Source: Harriotta raleighana
Lineage: Eukaryota
Assembly (NCBI GenBank): GCA_050575255.1
Contig: JBNZDD010013510.1
Span: 660,384 to 724,383 of the forward strand
Direction: 5' to 3'
DNA: 64,000 bases
Both the position numbers and the translations under genes were made by a program. This document shows, piece by piece, positions 12,141 through 23,516 of this stretch. Below the pieces are notes generated by a model that was given only the letters and a program-made list of their open reading frames with translations, did no database searches and was not told the DNA's origin. Within the stretch, counting starts at the first letter, position 1. Every line of letters begins with the position of its first letter.

Positions 12141-13014
12141 TATGCCATGTTACTAGCTGGGACCAGTTCTGCTTCCACAGGGAACCCACATGGAAAGAAA
12201 TTAATAAGAAAGAAGAAAATAAAGACCGTTTCAAATTGGTAATTGAATTTACTGATATTTATGCATACTTAAAATCTTGCTCTCATAGTGTGATGCCTTC
12301 AAAAATGCTTGATTGAATAATTGCGTGCATCTCGTAGTCAGCCACTTTCACATACACGTGATGTATAATCAAAAAATGGTCTAATGGTACCTTGTTTCAA
12401 AAAAAATTCTTGGACAAACTTGATGAAATAATGGACATGGAAACATACCGTTGCTTTTATCACCTGCTTGTGTAAGCGCATTGCAAAAATGAGATCAAAT
12501 TCTTCTTGATGTAACTAGTACCTTTGAAAGCCGACTGTTGATAACATTTACTGGCTCGCTTGTTTAAATGTTTCAGTTGATTGATTAGATTTGTTCGGTG
12601 TATATACCAAACACAGTACTGTACAGAACAAAGGCACTATTGATTAAAGATGCAAAAGGAGACTAGTCTGTAGATCAGTTGAGCTGCCCTGTATCCATGG
12701 ATCCAACACAATTTTCACATGACCAGAAATGGTTCTTTAAATGAGCACAATGCCTGAGAGGTGGGTGGCGGATGGTGCGAGCTGGTTTTTATCATGAAAG
12801 CTTTTGCTGTCAAGTGACATGAAGAGGTAGCATGAATCGCTGAAGGGCTCGTGAATATTTGAACTTTCGCCACACGCTGTGACCCACGGCAATAAACACT
12901 TGAACCACTTGAAATCAATTCTTTTGTATTGCCTGTGGTACTGCGTCTTCTACCATTTTAGGTTCTTTTGGACATTTCTTGTCAAAATTTTCTTTTGAAA
13001 AAAAACACATTATA

Positions 13015-13175
13015 CTCGCTTCCTGACTGCCTGCACGCCTCACTCACTCGCTCCCTGACTGCCTGTCCGACTCGCTCCAAGTCTGCCTGCCCAGCTCACT
13101 CACTCACTGCCGGTCTCACTCGCTGCCAGCTGGCTCTCTCTCTTGCTGCTGGCCTAGCTCACTCCCAGATCCTAG
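13015..13175. repeat. Degenerate C/T-rich low-complexity repeat
   Basis: Recurrent ctcactcgct / ctgactgcctg motifs. Confidence 0.6.
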
Positions 13176-14013
13176 CTCTGCTATGCCCCCTTTCCACCTG
13201 CTGGCAAACGATGTAATAGCCAACGTTAAATTAATATATGTTCCCAATGTATCAGCAACGTAATAACGAAAAAAACGTTTACCAAGGTGATGTTAAGCGA
13301 GATCTACCTATAATACAAGTAAAGTGAAGTCTCCTGAGATGGGACTCAAAAGTTCTTTATGTCCTGTGAAAGCGCAGAAACCAGTATTATTCTGACTGGC
13401 ATTTGTAGTAAAGCATTGCAGTTGAAACCATATAGACAACAGCAATTAATAGGGAATTGCATGAATACTTGAACACGGCTATTCTAGAGCAGGAGGGAAA
13501 ATGGAGATCAAAGAGATTAAAGGAGATAACTTTATTGATGGGGTGGGTGGGTGGGGGGAGCAAGTACCAGCACAGTCTCCTATTTCTTGGCTGTGAACTT
13601 TCTTGGCTATTTCAGGTTCTATAGGATGGAGCTCCAAGGCACATTATTTTAAATTTTAATTCAACGGTCTTGTAACTTGGTGGGGATTTTTTTCTTGGAG
13701 AAAGAAACAATTATCAACGAGGAATGTGGCTAAGTGGCAGAGCCGAGCAAAAAAACATTTCAGTGAAAGGCAGCACGTACCGTTGTTCTTTCACAAATGC
13801 CAGGCTTCTTTCTAAATTTGAGTAGCCTTCTGTTTGCTGGCAAAATCGGGTTGAGCATCTGGCTTCATCCCAGGTAGAAGACAGAAGATAGCTCCCTATA
13901 TGGAATGCATTACACTAATGCATCCAGCAATTGGAATGACTTATTGATGTTCTCTCAACTCAGCTAAGTGCTGCCTTAGAAAATGCTTTGGAATGTGATG
14001 TCCTTTTGTAATA

Positions 14014-14402
14014 TAGTAAAACCTTGTTGATCCGTACCTCAATGAACCGGAAAACCCGTTCAACCGCCACCTCAAAAAAAGTCCCGATTCGAAGAACCAG
14101 AAATTATCCGGCGAATAGTGATGATGTGTTCAATTAATTGACTGTCGCACGCGAGTACTGGTGCAGGTACTCGCGGCTGGGGGCTAGTCGGGTCTAAACT
14201 CGATCCTGCTCCTTTTAAAAGTAGCGTTTTTTTTTACCTCCGTCAGTTGTGGACTGCCGTTGTGATATTAAATATAAATAATAAAGTGCTAATACAATAT
14301 TCTGTTATTATTTAGTCTATTATTAATATGGGATGTGTTAAAATAATTTAATTATTATTTTTTTTTTAAAAAAGTCTGTTCAACCGGAAAACCGTTTAAA
14401 CG
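14014..14402 (+). mobile_element. Tc1/mariner (Tigger/pogo-like) MITE relative, lacking the right TIR
   Basis: TA-tAGTAAAACCTTGTTGATCC left end; shares atacaatattctgttattatttagtctattattaat with the element at 15103-15509. Confidence 0.75.
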
Positions 14403-14638
14403 CTTTTGCTTATAATCACTGTTTCCCAGTTTTCATTTCATTTGTTGCTAGGGGTATTATAAGGTGGATGTGGGCAGAAATGTTGCCTGGGTTTACTTGT
14501 ACTCTATTAATGCTGCATTTTGGAGAGTGCAGACATGGACAAATTGTTGAATTCAGTATTACCTTTTAAGACCAAATTGTGTAAAGCTTAAGAGCTCATG
14601 GAAAAAAATGTCAAAAAGTAAAGACTACCTAAGAATTT

Positions 14639-14963
14639 GGAACTCCTGTGGCTTAGTGGTTAGAGCACTCGCCTTACAAGCTTGGGACCTGTGTTCAAAT
14701 CCAGGCAGATCAGGGCGAAACCTTGGAGTTTCCTTACTCCACACGCCTAATAATAATCCCTCCAAAAAAAACACAATAATATAATTGGGTCATTTCAATC
14801 CATGACTGTTTGTGGGGGACGCTGCTGTGCGCAATTGGCTGCCACGTTCCGCCCACAAATATACAGTCAATTCACTTGACAGTATATTCAGTGAAGCGCT
14901 TTGGGACGTCGATAAGATGTGAAAAGCGCTATATCAAATGCAAGGATTATTATTATTATTATT
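14639..14963 (+). mobile_element. Full-length young tRNA-derived SINE
   Basis: A box tggcttagtgg, B box gttcaaatcc, complete body, (ATT)n tail. Confidence 0.96.
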
Positions 14964-15102
14964 GATAACATCATTTTATAACTGCTGTACACAATTTTGC
15001 TCACAAAATACATTCAACTCATTTAATAATATATTCAGTGAAGTGCTTTGAGATGTCTCAATGTGATATGGTGATCCAGTGATACCAAATACAAGTACTG
15101 TA

Positions 15103-15509
15103 CAGTAAAACCTTGTTTATCCAGTACCCAACCAAACGGCATACTCAACCAACCGGTATCTCCCAATACAATTCACCGTTCCAGCAACCGGATCTCATAC
15201 CGTAGCCACCCGGGACACTCGTGGTGTTGCTCAATTTGCGTATGCTTAGGGCATGAGTACTTCTTAAACTTACCGAACCCCGGAATACTTTTTTACCGAT
15301 CATTTTACCGAGTGTGCTGGAATGCTTTATTGGTAAGTATCCATACAATATTCTGTTATTATTTAGTCTATTATTAATGTGATGTGTATTAAAATAAGAT
15401 AATTTTTTTGTTGTTGGATTTTCGGCAACTTGTCACTCGAATATCCAGCATATTTGATAAATCAGCACTGGGCAGGTCCCGAGAGTACCGGATAACAAAG
15501 ATTTTACTG
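15103..15509 (+). mobile_element. Complete Tc1/mariner-type MITE, about 407 bp, inside the tail of a decayed SINE
   Basis: Imperfect TIRs of about 25 bp (CAGTAAAACCTTGTTTATCCAGTAC / GTACCGGATAACAAAGATTTTACTG), flanked by TA on both sides. Confidence 0.9.
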
Positions 15510-15844
15510 TATTATTATTATTTTATAGATGTTCTGAAATGCTACCTTAATTGAATAAATCTAGGCAGAGGTGGAAATGCTATCCAATTGTAGGCTCTGG
15601 CATGTGCACCTTATAATTAATTCAGAAGTGATATTGAAATGCAGTTTATTAATTGAAAATGGGAATGGATTATTGTGACAACTTATTACAAATCAATGGG
15701 GCACATCTCCTGTAATTGAAAATCTAATGTCCAGCTCTCTGGATGTTTAAGAATTTTTTTTTTAAAGCAGTAAATGCATTAACATGAAATTATTTAGACT
15801 TAAAGCCACCACGTAGATGTTTAGCTGATTTCAGATCAGATTCT

Positions 15845-16435
15845 GGTGTCAGTCTGGAACAGTTGGTAGCATTCTCACCTCTGAGTCAGAAGGTTGTAGA
15901 TTCGCACCCACATCGGGTCTTTGAACTCACAGTCGACGCTGACACCTCCAGTGCAGTGCTGGAGAAAATGCTGAAAATTATTTGGAGGAGCTGTTGTTCG
16001 AACGAGACATTAAACTGAGGTCATGTCTGCCTATTCAGTTGGGTGTTAAAGGTCCTATGGCATTATTCAAAATGAGAAGGGACTTCTTCCCAGTTTTGGC
16101 TTGATAATAATCCGTCAGAAAAATAATAAATCAGTCATGTTCAATCCACGACTATTTTTTGGGCACTGCTATGTGCAATTGGCTGCCGCGTTTTGTCCAC
16201 AAAATTTACAGCCATTTTACGTTACAGTATATTCTGTGAAGCACTTTGAGACGCCTAGAAGATGTATTAAATGCAATTATTATTATAATTCCCTAAATTA
16301 AATGGTCATTCACTTCATCACTGTTTGTGGGACACTGTTGTATGCAAATTGGCTGGTGACTACACTTCATAATAAAATCCTGTGATTGGGACATCTCTAC
16401 AATGTGATAAAGTGCTGTATCAAATGCGAGGATTA
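15845..16435 (+). mobile_element. Old tRNA-headed Deu-domain SINE (AmnSINE1/SacSINE1-like) with a nested younger SINE 3' half at about 16103-16288
   Basis: Head ggtagcattctcacctctgagtcagaaggttg; Deu-like gagacattaaactgaggtc...aaaggtcctatggcattatt; body resumes at ggtcattcacttcatcactgtttgtgggac. Family assignment is from recalled consensus, not a search. Confidence 0.75.
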
Positions 16436-16534
16436 TGTTCGTGTATAGATTTTTACAGAAATGACCAGTTTAGATCATTGTGGAAATGCATCCTGAAACT
16501 TGATATCGCTTCAAGTGCAACTTGCTGCAATTCC

Positions 16535-16762
16535 ATGTCTAAAGAGTTCAAAAATGTGCCTATCTGTTGTTCTGCCCGTTACAACCTTGCCATAATGATG
16601 TTCATTGGCTTTTGCATGGCTTATGCACTATGGGTCGATCTCAGCATTGCCATGGTTGCCATGATAAATGGCAGTGACCATCCAAGTTCCATCAACTCCT
16701 CGGAGGAAATATGCCCTAAACATGCCAACTACAATACAACCAATGGTGGGATCCCATCAAGC
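16535..16762 (+). pseudogene. Isolated SLC17 (sialin/SLC17A5-like anion transporter) N-terminal/TM1 exon, probably non-functional
   Basis: [47 protein letters not shown]...CPKH aligns with human sialin [36 protein letters not shown]...CPEH. It ends at a phase-0 donor AGC|GTGAGA. A possible acceptor lies at 16458. No intact downstream exon was seen. Confidence 0.8.
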
Positions 16763-16847
16763 GTGAGACTATTTTCTTTGTCGATTCTCTTTGCAAATAT
16801 ATACACTATGTACACAATGTTATATCACGGTGTTGCATATAAGGCAG

Positions 16848-17185
16848 TTATAATAATAATAATCCTTACATTTGATGTAGCGCTTTTCACAACTTATCAA
16901 TGTCCCAAAGCGCTTCACAGAATATACTGTAAAGTGAATTGACTGTATATTTGTGGGCGGAACGCGGCAGCCAATTGCGCACAGCAGCGTCCCACAAACA
17001 GTCGTGGATTGGAAATGACCAATTTTATCGTTATGGTTTTGTTTTTTTGGAGGGATTATTATTAGGCATGTGGAGTAAGGAAACTTGCCCAAGGTTTCGC
17101 CCTGATCTGCCTGGATTCGAACACTGGTCTCAGGCTTGTAAGGCATGTAAGGCGAGTGCTCTAACCACTGAGCCACAGGAGCTCC
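16848..17185 (-). mobile_element. Full-length young SINE with a small tandem duplication in the pseudo-anticodon arm
   Basis: Complete head, body and tail; cttgtaaggcatgtaaggcg. Confidence 0.96.
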
Positions 17186-17414
17186 AGTTGGCCAAGGCCG
17201 TCTTTTTGTTCTCTAGCAATGGCTTGATTTCCTGGATCATTGCTGTATCCTATAGAACTTCCAGTTCGCTGCTCGTGCACAGGTTGATAGGGGTTCAGCA
17301 GTTCAGAGAGGTGAGAGGGGGCAAGGGCATGAATTCTATCCTGTGCCAGTGGAGCCAGGCAAGGGTGATGAGGTCACGGAGCCTGGTGCAGGAGAGGAAA
17401 GAGTTGCGGATAGT

Positions 17415-18080
17415 TAGTAATATGTTACTGTTTACTCACGTGTTTTGATGTTCATTGGCTTTTGTCGGGCATAATTCCATCTCGATTTCTCTCGCAGTGC
17501 GACTCACTGCCAATACCAATAGCTGACAAGTTATTCAGCTATTGGTGGAGATGTATTTGGTTGATTGATTCTATCCTTGCCCTCCATACAATCAGATCAC
17601 TGTAGCTAGCAGTCAGGAATGAAGAGCTAGGATGATTTTTTGTTAAAACCTCCGTAAACTGAGCTACTGAGGCTAATTGTAACTTTTCCATTGCGTGTCT
17701 TGGACGAGGTTGACTTGACCGAAAATTGCCTGGAATCTTCCTTCCCAGTGGGTGTGGTTAGTTACTGATAAATAAACTCACCGAACAATTGTGGGAGCCT
17801 CAGATCAAGGATTATAACAAGTTAGTGTGTTACATTGGTAATATGTTACTCCTTACTCCTGTGTTCTGTTGTTCATTGGCTTTTGCGTGGTTTATGTACT
17901 ACGTGTCAGTCGCGGTTTTGTCGTGGTTGCATTCACTGCCAAATACCATTGCAACTATGGCAAATTGTTCGGCTGCTGGTGGTGACGCACTTGGTTGGTT
18001 GTTCTTGTCCTTGCCCTCCGTTCAAACAGATCACCGCAGCGAACAGTCAAGAATGTTTTTTTTCACTGTCTACTGAAGGC
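17415..18080 (+). repeat. Diverged direct-repeat pair (about 17415-17680 and 17838-18080), each beginning with an SLC17-TM1-like segment
   Basis: Shared gtaatatgttact...gttcattggcttttg...cactgcca(a)atacca...ttggttg...tccttgccc(c)tcc...cagatcac...cagtca(g/a)gaatg. Confidence 0.8.
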
Positions 18081-18139
18081 AGTGACCTTGAGATTGTGTG
18101 TGGGCGAGTGCAGAGTGTCAGCAAGCCCGATACCGTTGC

Positions 18140-18734
18140 CTTCTTCCCTCCCTCCCTTTACCCCTTCCCTCCCTCTTCCCTCTTAACCCCCTCTTCCCTC
18201 TTACTCACCTTTCTCCCCATTTCTCCCAGATATTGTCTCCCTCTTCCCTCTTAACCCCCTCTTCCCTCTTACCCCCCTTTTCCCCATGACTCCTTGATTT
18301 TGCACCCCACCCCCCTTTCCCTCCCTGGTTTTATCCCATCCCGCCTTTCCCTTCGTCTCCCCCCTTACCCTCTTTTCCCCCTTTCTCCCCCGGCCCACTT
18401 CCACGACTGTTTGTGGGACACCGCTGTGCGCAATTTGGCTGCCGTGTTTTGCCCACAAATCTACAGTCAGTTTTTCCTGTTCTCCTTGCCCCTACCCTGA
18501 TCCCCCCACTTGCCATCTTTCCCCCCTTTCTCCCCTAAACTCACTTTCATGACTGTTTGTGAGACAGTGCTGTGCTCAATTTGGCTGCCTCGTTTTTGCC
18601 CACAAATATACAGTCAATTTTTCCTACTTTCCTTCCCCTGATCCCTCCCCGCCCCCCCCACCCACTCTGATCCCTACTTGTCTGTACAGCACCTTAGGAC
18701 TTCCTCCTGACGTGAAAGGTGCTATATAAATGTA

Positions 18735-18780
<46 letters not shown>
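18140..18780 (+). repeat. Polypyrimidine tract with two tandem SINE-body fragments, ending in an L2-type tail with (GATT)n
   Basis: SINE body at about 18398-18470 and 18545-18620; cctcctgacgtgaaaggtgctatataaatgtaatttt(gatt)n at 18702-18780. Confidence 0.8.
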
Positions 18781-18782
<2 letters not shown>

Positions 18783-20429
18783 TGATAGGTGTATGACTGA
18801 GGATCTCCTGACATTGTGGTATTGTCGAGAGGAAAGAGAGACATGGTATCTTTGAACCACACATACCAGATAGGATGGCTGTACAAGTAGCTCAGTGATA
18901 ATAAAGCATGATTTTGCTTCTCGTTATGAGTGAGTTCCATTACAAATAGTTTTTAAGGCTGAGTAAATAATAGAATGTATACTATCTGATACTTGCCATC
19001 TTCATCCAGTTGTTTCCCTTGCTCTATTATACAAATCCTTCTGTTTAATTTAAAAAATATATATGGTGAACGAGGTTAGATCCCGCTAAAATTTCCCAAA
19101 ACAGGCGGGAAGGTTGCCCCACACAGACTCTCTCTCCAAACCTCTCGAAGCCCAAAATCATCACAAGACAATGCGGACTGGATTCTTGTGTTCGTGACCA
19201 AGTCCGGTGTCCAAGTGTTTAAGCTAACTCTGTATTCCAGTATCACTGCTTCCTCTTTTGTGTGTGCAGATTGAACTCCTCAGATTGTAAATACTACAAT
19301 ACTGAACCCAGCCAACAGTGGGCTGAAGACATTGCTCCTTCCAGATGCTCATCCACCTTCCCTCCCCCCACCCTCCTCCTCCCACATCCGCATAATATTC
19401 AGTTGTGGATTTGTAAATACAACTGATCATCACAGATACTCCAGTTGATCTGTCAAAATGCTTTATTAGACAATTTTCTTATATCAATTGTCTCGAATAA
19501 GTGCTTTGCCTGGCACCTGACACCATTGTACTTCATCTAACACCAGGGTTCAGACTTTCCCTGCAAAGTGTAGTAACTCTGTATTTGTTGGTGAACATAG
19601 CAACCAGTTTCCTCATGGATTTGCTATCAAGTTAGTGATTTTTTTGAAATCTAGGGAATGGTTGGGCAGGACTGTGGGTGTTACTCCCTTCTCTTTATGA
19701 ATAGTGCTGCAGGATATTTGTCTACTTGAATAGGTACCGACAGCACTGCAGTATAACGTCTCATGGGAAGATCATTGCATTTCCCCGGCACTGTATTGGA
19801 GAGTTAGCCTCGCCTATAGAACTTTCTCTTTGCTTTGTGCCTTTTAACATAAAACCTCTCACTTTGGGCTTCAACTTCTTTAAACTTTCTAAAGTGGCTT
19901 GGAAAGTTCTCCTTTATGTGAAAAGACGCTGTGTAATTGCAAGGTACCCAAAATTAGACAGATTTCAACATACTTTGATCAGGTTGAGGATTTCTTCTCA
20001 ACTCCTGTTTTAAATAATTTTATTCTCAACTTAATATAACCAGATTTCATTGTATGTGATGGAGGTGGGGGGAGGGGAGTGGGAATCTCTGCTCCCTCCT
20101 GTGTATAAACTTTCATGTCTTTCTCCATTTGTGGAATAAACCAGAATATTCCAATCTTCCCTGCGGAGAGAATTCTCCGCAGGACAGACTGCCTTTATTC
20201 CTTATTCAAGTGAACTTGGAGTAATGGTCTCTTCAATTTTGATGATATTGTATTGTGCTGTGAACCAATATCATTTATTTTCATTGCTTGATAACACCAT
20301 GAGAATTGTAGTCCTCCAGAGTGGATTCCTGAGCTCTTGCATGTAGTAAGTACTGTACCTTCCAGCTTTAGTTAAAGAGCAATATAATCACACCTGATCA
20401 GGTAATGGTGTACCACATTGAATCAGCTA

Positions 20430-20560
20430 GACTTCTAGACATCTCAAAATGCTTCACAGAATATACTGTAAATTTGTATATTTGTGGGTGAAATGCGGTA
20501 GGCAATTCCGCACAACACTGTCCCACAAACAGTCGTGGATTGAAATGACTGATTTATTAT
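20430..20560 (-). mobile_element. SINE internal/3' fragment
   Basis: gacatctcaaaatgcttcacagaatatactg...cagtcgtggattgaaatgac. Confidence 0.85.
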
Positions 20561-20799
20561 TGCTCACAAAGTACAAACTACAGTAGCAAGAATGCAGTAA
20601 GTAATTTTTTTTTAACAATTTATAAAAATTTAAAGATGAATTTCCTGGAGCAAGGCTTAAAATGTTGCATCCTAATATCAGCCCNGTTTTTTTTTAACAA
20701 TTTATTAAAATTTAACGATGAATTTCCTGGAGCAAGGCTTAAAATGTTGCATCCTAATATCAGCCCTAATAACTTACAACATATCTTGTCACCACCCCC

Positions 20800-21060
20800 T
20801 CTGCAAAGTGCAATGAGATGAATACATAACCAATGCTTTAGTGAATTTTGGTTGAGGGAAGAATACTGGAGCAAAACCCTGCTCTTCTTTGGAATTATAC
20901 AGAGAGATCTTTAACAGCCACCTGAATCGGCAGAGAGACTTCTGTTAACGACTGATTGGAAGAACATCACCTTGAACAACGCACCACTTCTCACTTATGT
21001 ACCCTGGACTATTGGCTAGGCATCATGTGGGTCTTGAACCACAATCTTCTGACACTGAGC
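20800..21060 (-). mobile_element. Old Deu-domain SINE
   Basis: ccctgctcttctttggaat...gatctttaacagccacctgaatcggcaga; head gaaccacaatcttctgacactgag. Confidence 0.75.
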
Positions 21061-21622
21061 TTGATTTTTATTTCTGTTCTTACACACAGACACTGTACAG
21101 GACAAAGTGCATTGACATTATGCTTAAGGTACAATTCCAGAAGTATTGTTTTTGAGGATCTTGGCAATGCGAGCAAACTCTCAACACGATCGCAGCAACA
21201 AAAAAAAGTCACAAAGACACCCTTGGCAGAGACTGGGCTTAATTCAGATGCCTGTACTGTTGATAATCCTTATTTCTGTTCGAAGTTCAGAAAGCGGTGG
21301 ATAGCAATTGATCGACAAGCACAGCTGTTCGGGCAGGGTGTTGTTTCTAAACAAAACACCCACCCCAGAACATTCTGGAAAAGCGCGGAAGGTCAAACAG
21401 GATCCGAAGGAGACAAGTCAGTTAAGATTTCAGTCGGATTCCATCTGTTTGCTCAGTCAGCCTGGCCCATTTCTTATCAGACAACAAACAGTGGAATTTT
21501 GTACTCTGCAGGCTAACCCATAGCTCTCCATATTAAGGCTCGCATGAGGCCTTTGTATAGATGGGGAAACAAATAGTGAACACTTGTACGTTCAGTGATC
21601 AGAATGTTTTCAGCTTCATTGT

Positions 21623-21942
21623 GGAGCTTCTGTAACTCAGTGGTTAGAGCACTCGCCTTACAAGCTTGAGCCCTGTGTTCGAATCCAGGCAGATCAGGGT
21701 GAAACCTTGGGCAAGTTTCCTTACTCCACATTCCTAATAATAATCCGTTAAAAAAAAACACCCCACAATAATAAAAATTGGTCATTTCAATCCATGACTG
21801 TTTGTGGGACGCTGCTGTGCACATTGTCTGCTGCGTTTCCCCCTCAAATATACAGTCAATTCACTTTACAGTATATTCTGTGAAGCACTTTGAGACATCG
21901 ATAAGATGTGAAAAGTGCTATATCAAATGCAACGATTATTAT
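21623..21942 (+). mobile_element. Full-length young SINE
   Basis: A and B boxes (gttcgaatcc), body, tail. Confidence 0.96.
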
Positions 21943-23379
21943 ACTGTAGAATTTAAAATGTCACCAGTTATATTGTGATATTCTGTTTCCCGCCCTTTTT
22001 CATGTTACCAAATTTCTCTTATTTCTCAAATGAAGTCTTTTGATGTATTGTTCCTTCTCCGGGGGATATGGTACGACCTGTTCCAGTCTCTCGCATCCCA
22101 GTGTCCATTGTTTACATGGGATCCAGGTATCAAGTATGGGTTCTCTCTGGGCAGCAAGGCTCGAAAACCTAGCGAATAAAGTTATTGCGACAGAATAAGA
22201 GCAGTGCACTTGATCTCCGTGTTATTATTGTTGTACTAGTAATCTTTGCATTTCGTACCGTGTCTGAAGGACATCTCAAAGCACTTCACGGGATTGTGTA
22301 TCTGTAGCAACCTTTTTATGCATTTCAAAGTTCTATAAACGGCCTTGGAGTGAGAGAAAGAACACACAGTTTTGCTGTGCTTGATCTGATGACTTCTCTG
22401 AACTTGAAGGTTAGGAGGAGAACATTTTGTGGTGTGGTGATGAAAGCCAAGATCCCACCGCCACCATTTGTTTAACACGATTCCATAAGCCATCGCAGCC
22501 CTCCTTATTTTGAGTCGACGTGAATTGATTACTTTTAGCTTTTTCGGTAAGACTTTTAATCCTGTCTAAATTATGTGCCTGCTTATTTGGCACAACAATT
22601 CAGACTACCAATCTGTTTAATTTCCATAATTTTTCATTGGATGCCCACTTTTCAAACACTAGCTGAGAGGGCAGGCAGCATGCAGTTTGCTCACAAGCCT
22701 CTGCCAATACCACCATATGTGCCCACAGGTTGACAACATGAGCGCAGGGCAAGGTGACTGGCTGTCTAACTCACTACGTCACCCCACAGGAAGGGCAAGT
22801 CTTCATTCTTCGTCTGGTGCTGACAGTTCAGCTGAGAGTTGGAATATTCTGCGCGCGGAAATTTTCAGTGGGAGATTTCAGTGGTAGATTTCACACTGCG
22901 TGTTCTGTTCACCGGGCACATTACAGGTTTTAATATCTTTTGGTAAAGTGGACATGACTGAAAAGACATTCAAAGGCAGAGTTTGATGGCTTTTTCACCA
23001 ACGTCTGTTTCTTATGCTGAGAAAATGTCATTTGATTAACTCTTTTTGTAACTTTTCTCTACCTTTGAGACTGTAGTTTAAATGGATTGTATGTGACCCC
23101 TGTGCAATATATTGCACTCTAAAATATCAGCAGACTAATTTAAACACTCTATGCTCCCTTCCCCCCTCATTTGATGTGGTTTGGTATCGATCTCNTCTTT
23201 GAGACTGTAGTTTAAATGGATTGTATGTGACCCCCTGTGCAATATATTGCACTCTAAAATATCAGCAGACTAATTTAATCACTCTATGCTCCCTTCCCCC
23301 CTCATTTGATGTGGTTTGGTATCGATCTCTCATTACTGCTGTGAATTCCACATAAATGTGAGCAGGCTGAGATGTAATT

Positions 23380-23516
23380 AATAATTAATAGTAATTAATA
23401 ATATGATAATATATAATAATTCTTGCATTTGATATAACACTTTTCACATCTTATCGATGTCTCAAAGCGCTTCACGGAATGTACTGTAAAGTGAATTGAC
23501 TGTATATTTGTGGGCG
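23380..23516 (-). mobile_element. 5'-truncated SINE tail
   Basis: cttgcatttgatataacacttttcacatcttatcg...tttgtgggcg. Confidence 0.9.

Noticed and set aside
14639-14712. tRNA-Val-like gene (TAC/CAC pseudo-anticodon)
   Set aside because: No acceptor stem; it continues into the SINE body and recurs in many decayed copies.
16763-17448. C-terminal part of ORF 16382-16942 and ORFs 16820-17176 and 16939-17448
   Set aside because: Read-through into intron and SINE sequence. The recurring peptides ([26 protein letters not shown]) are SINE translations.
20605-20766. Biological tandem duplication
   Set aside because: It is centred on a single N like six other cases; assembly overlap is more likely.
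20956-21516. 186-aa ORF
   Set aside because: It starts inside a Deu-SINE at a non-ATG codon and has no recognisable domain.
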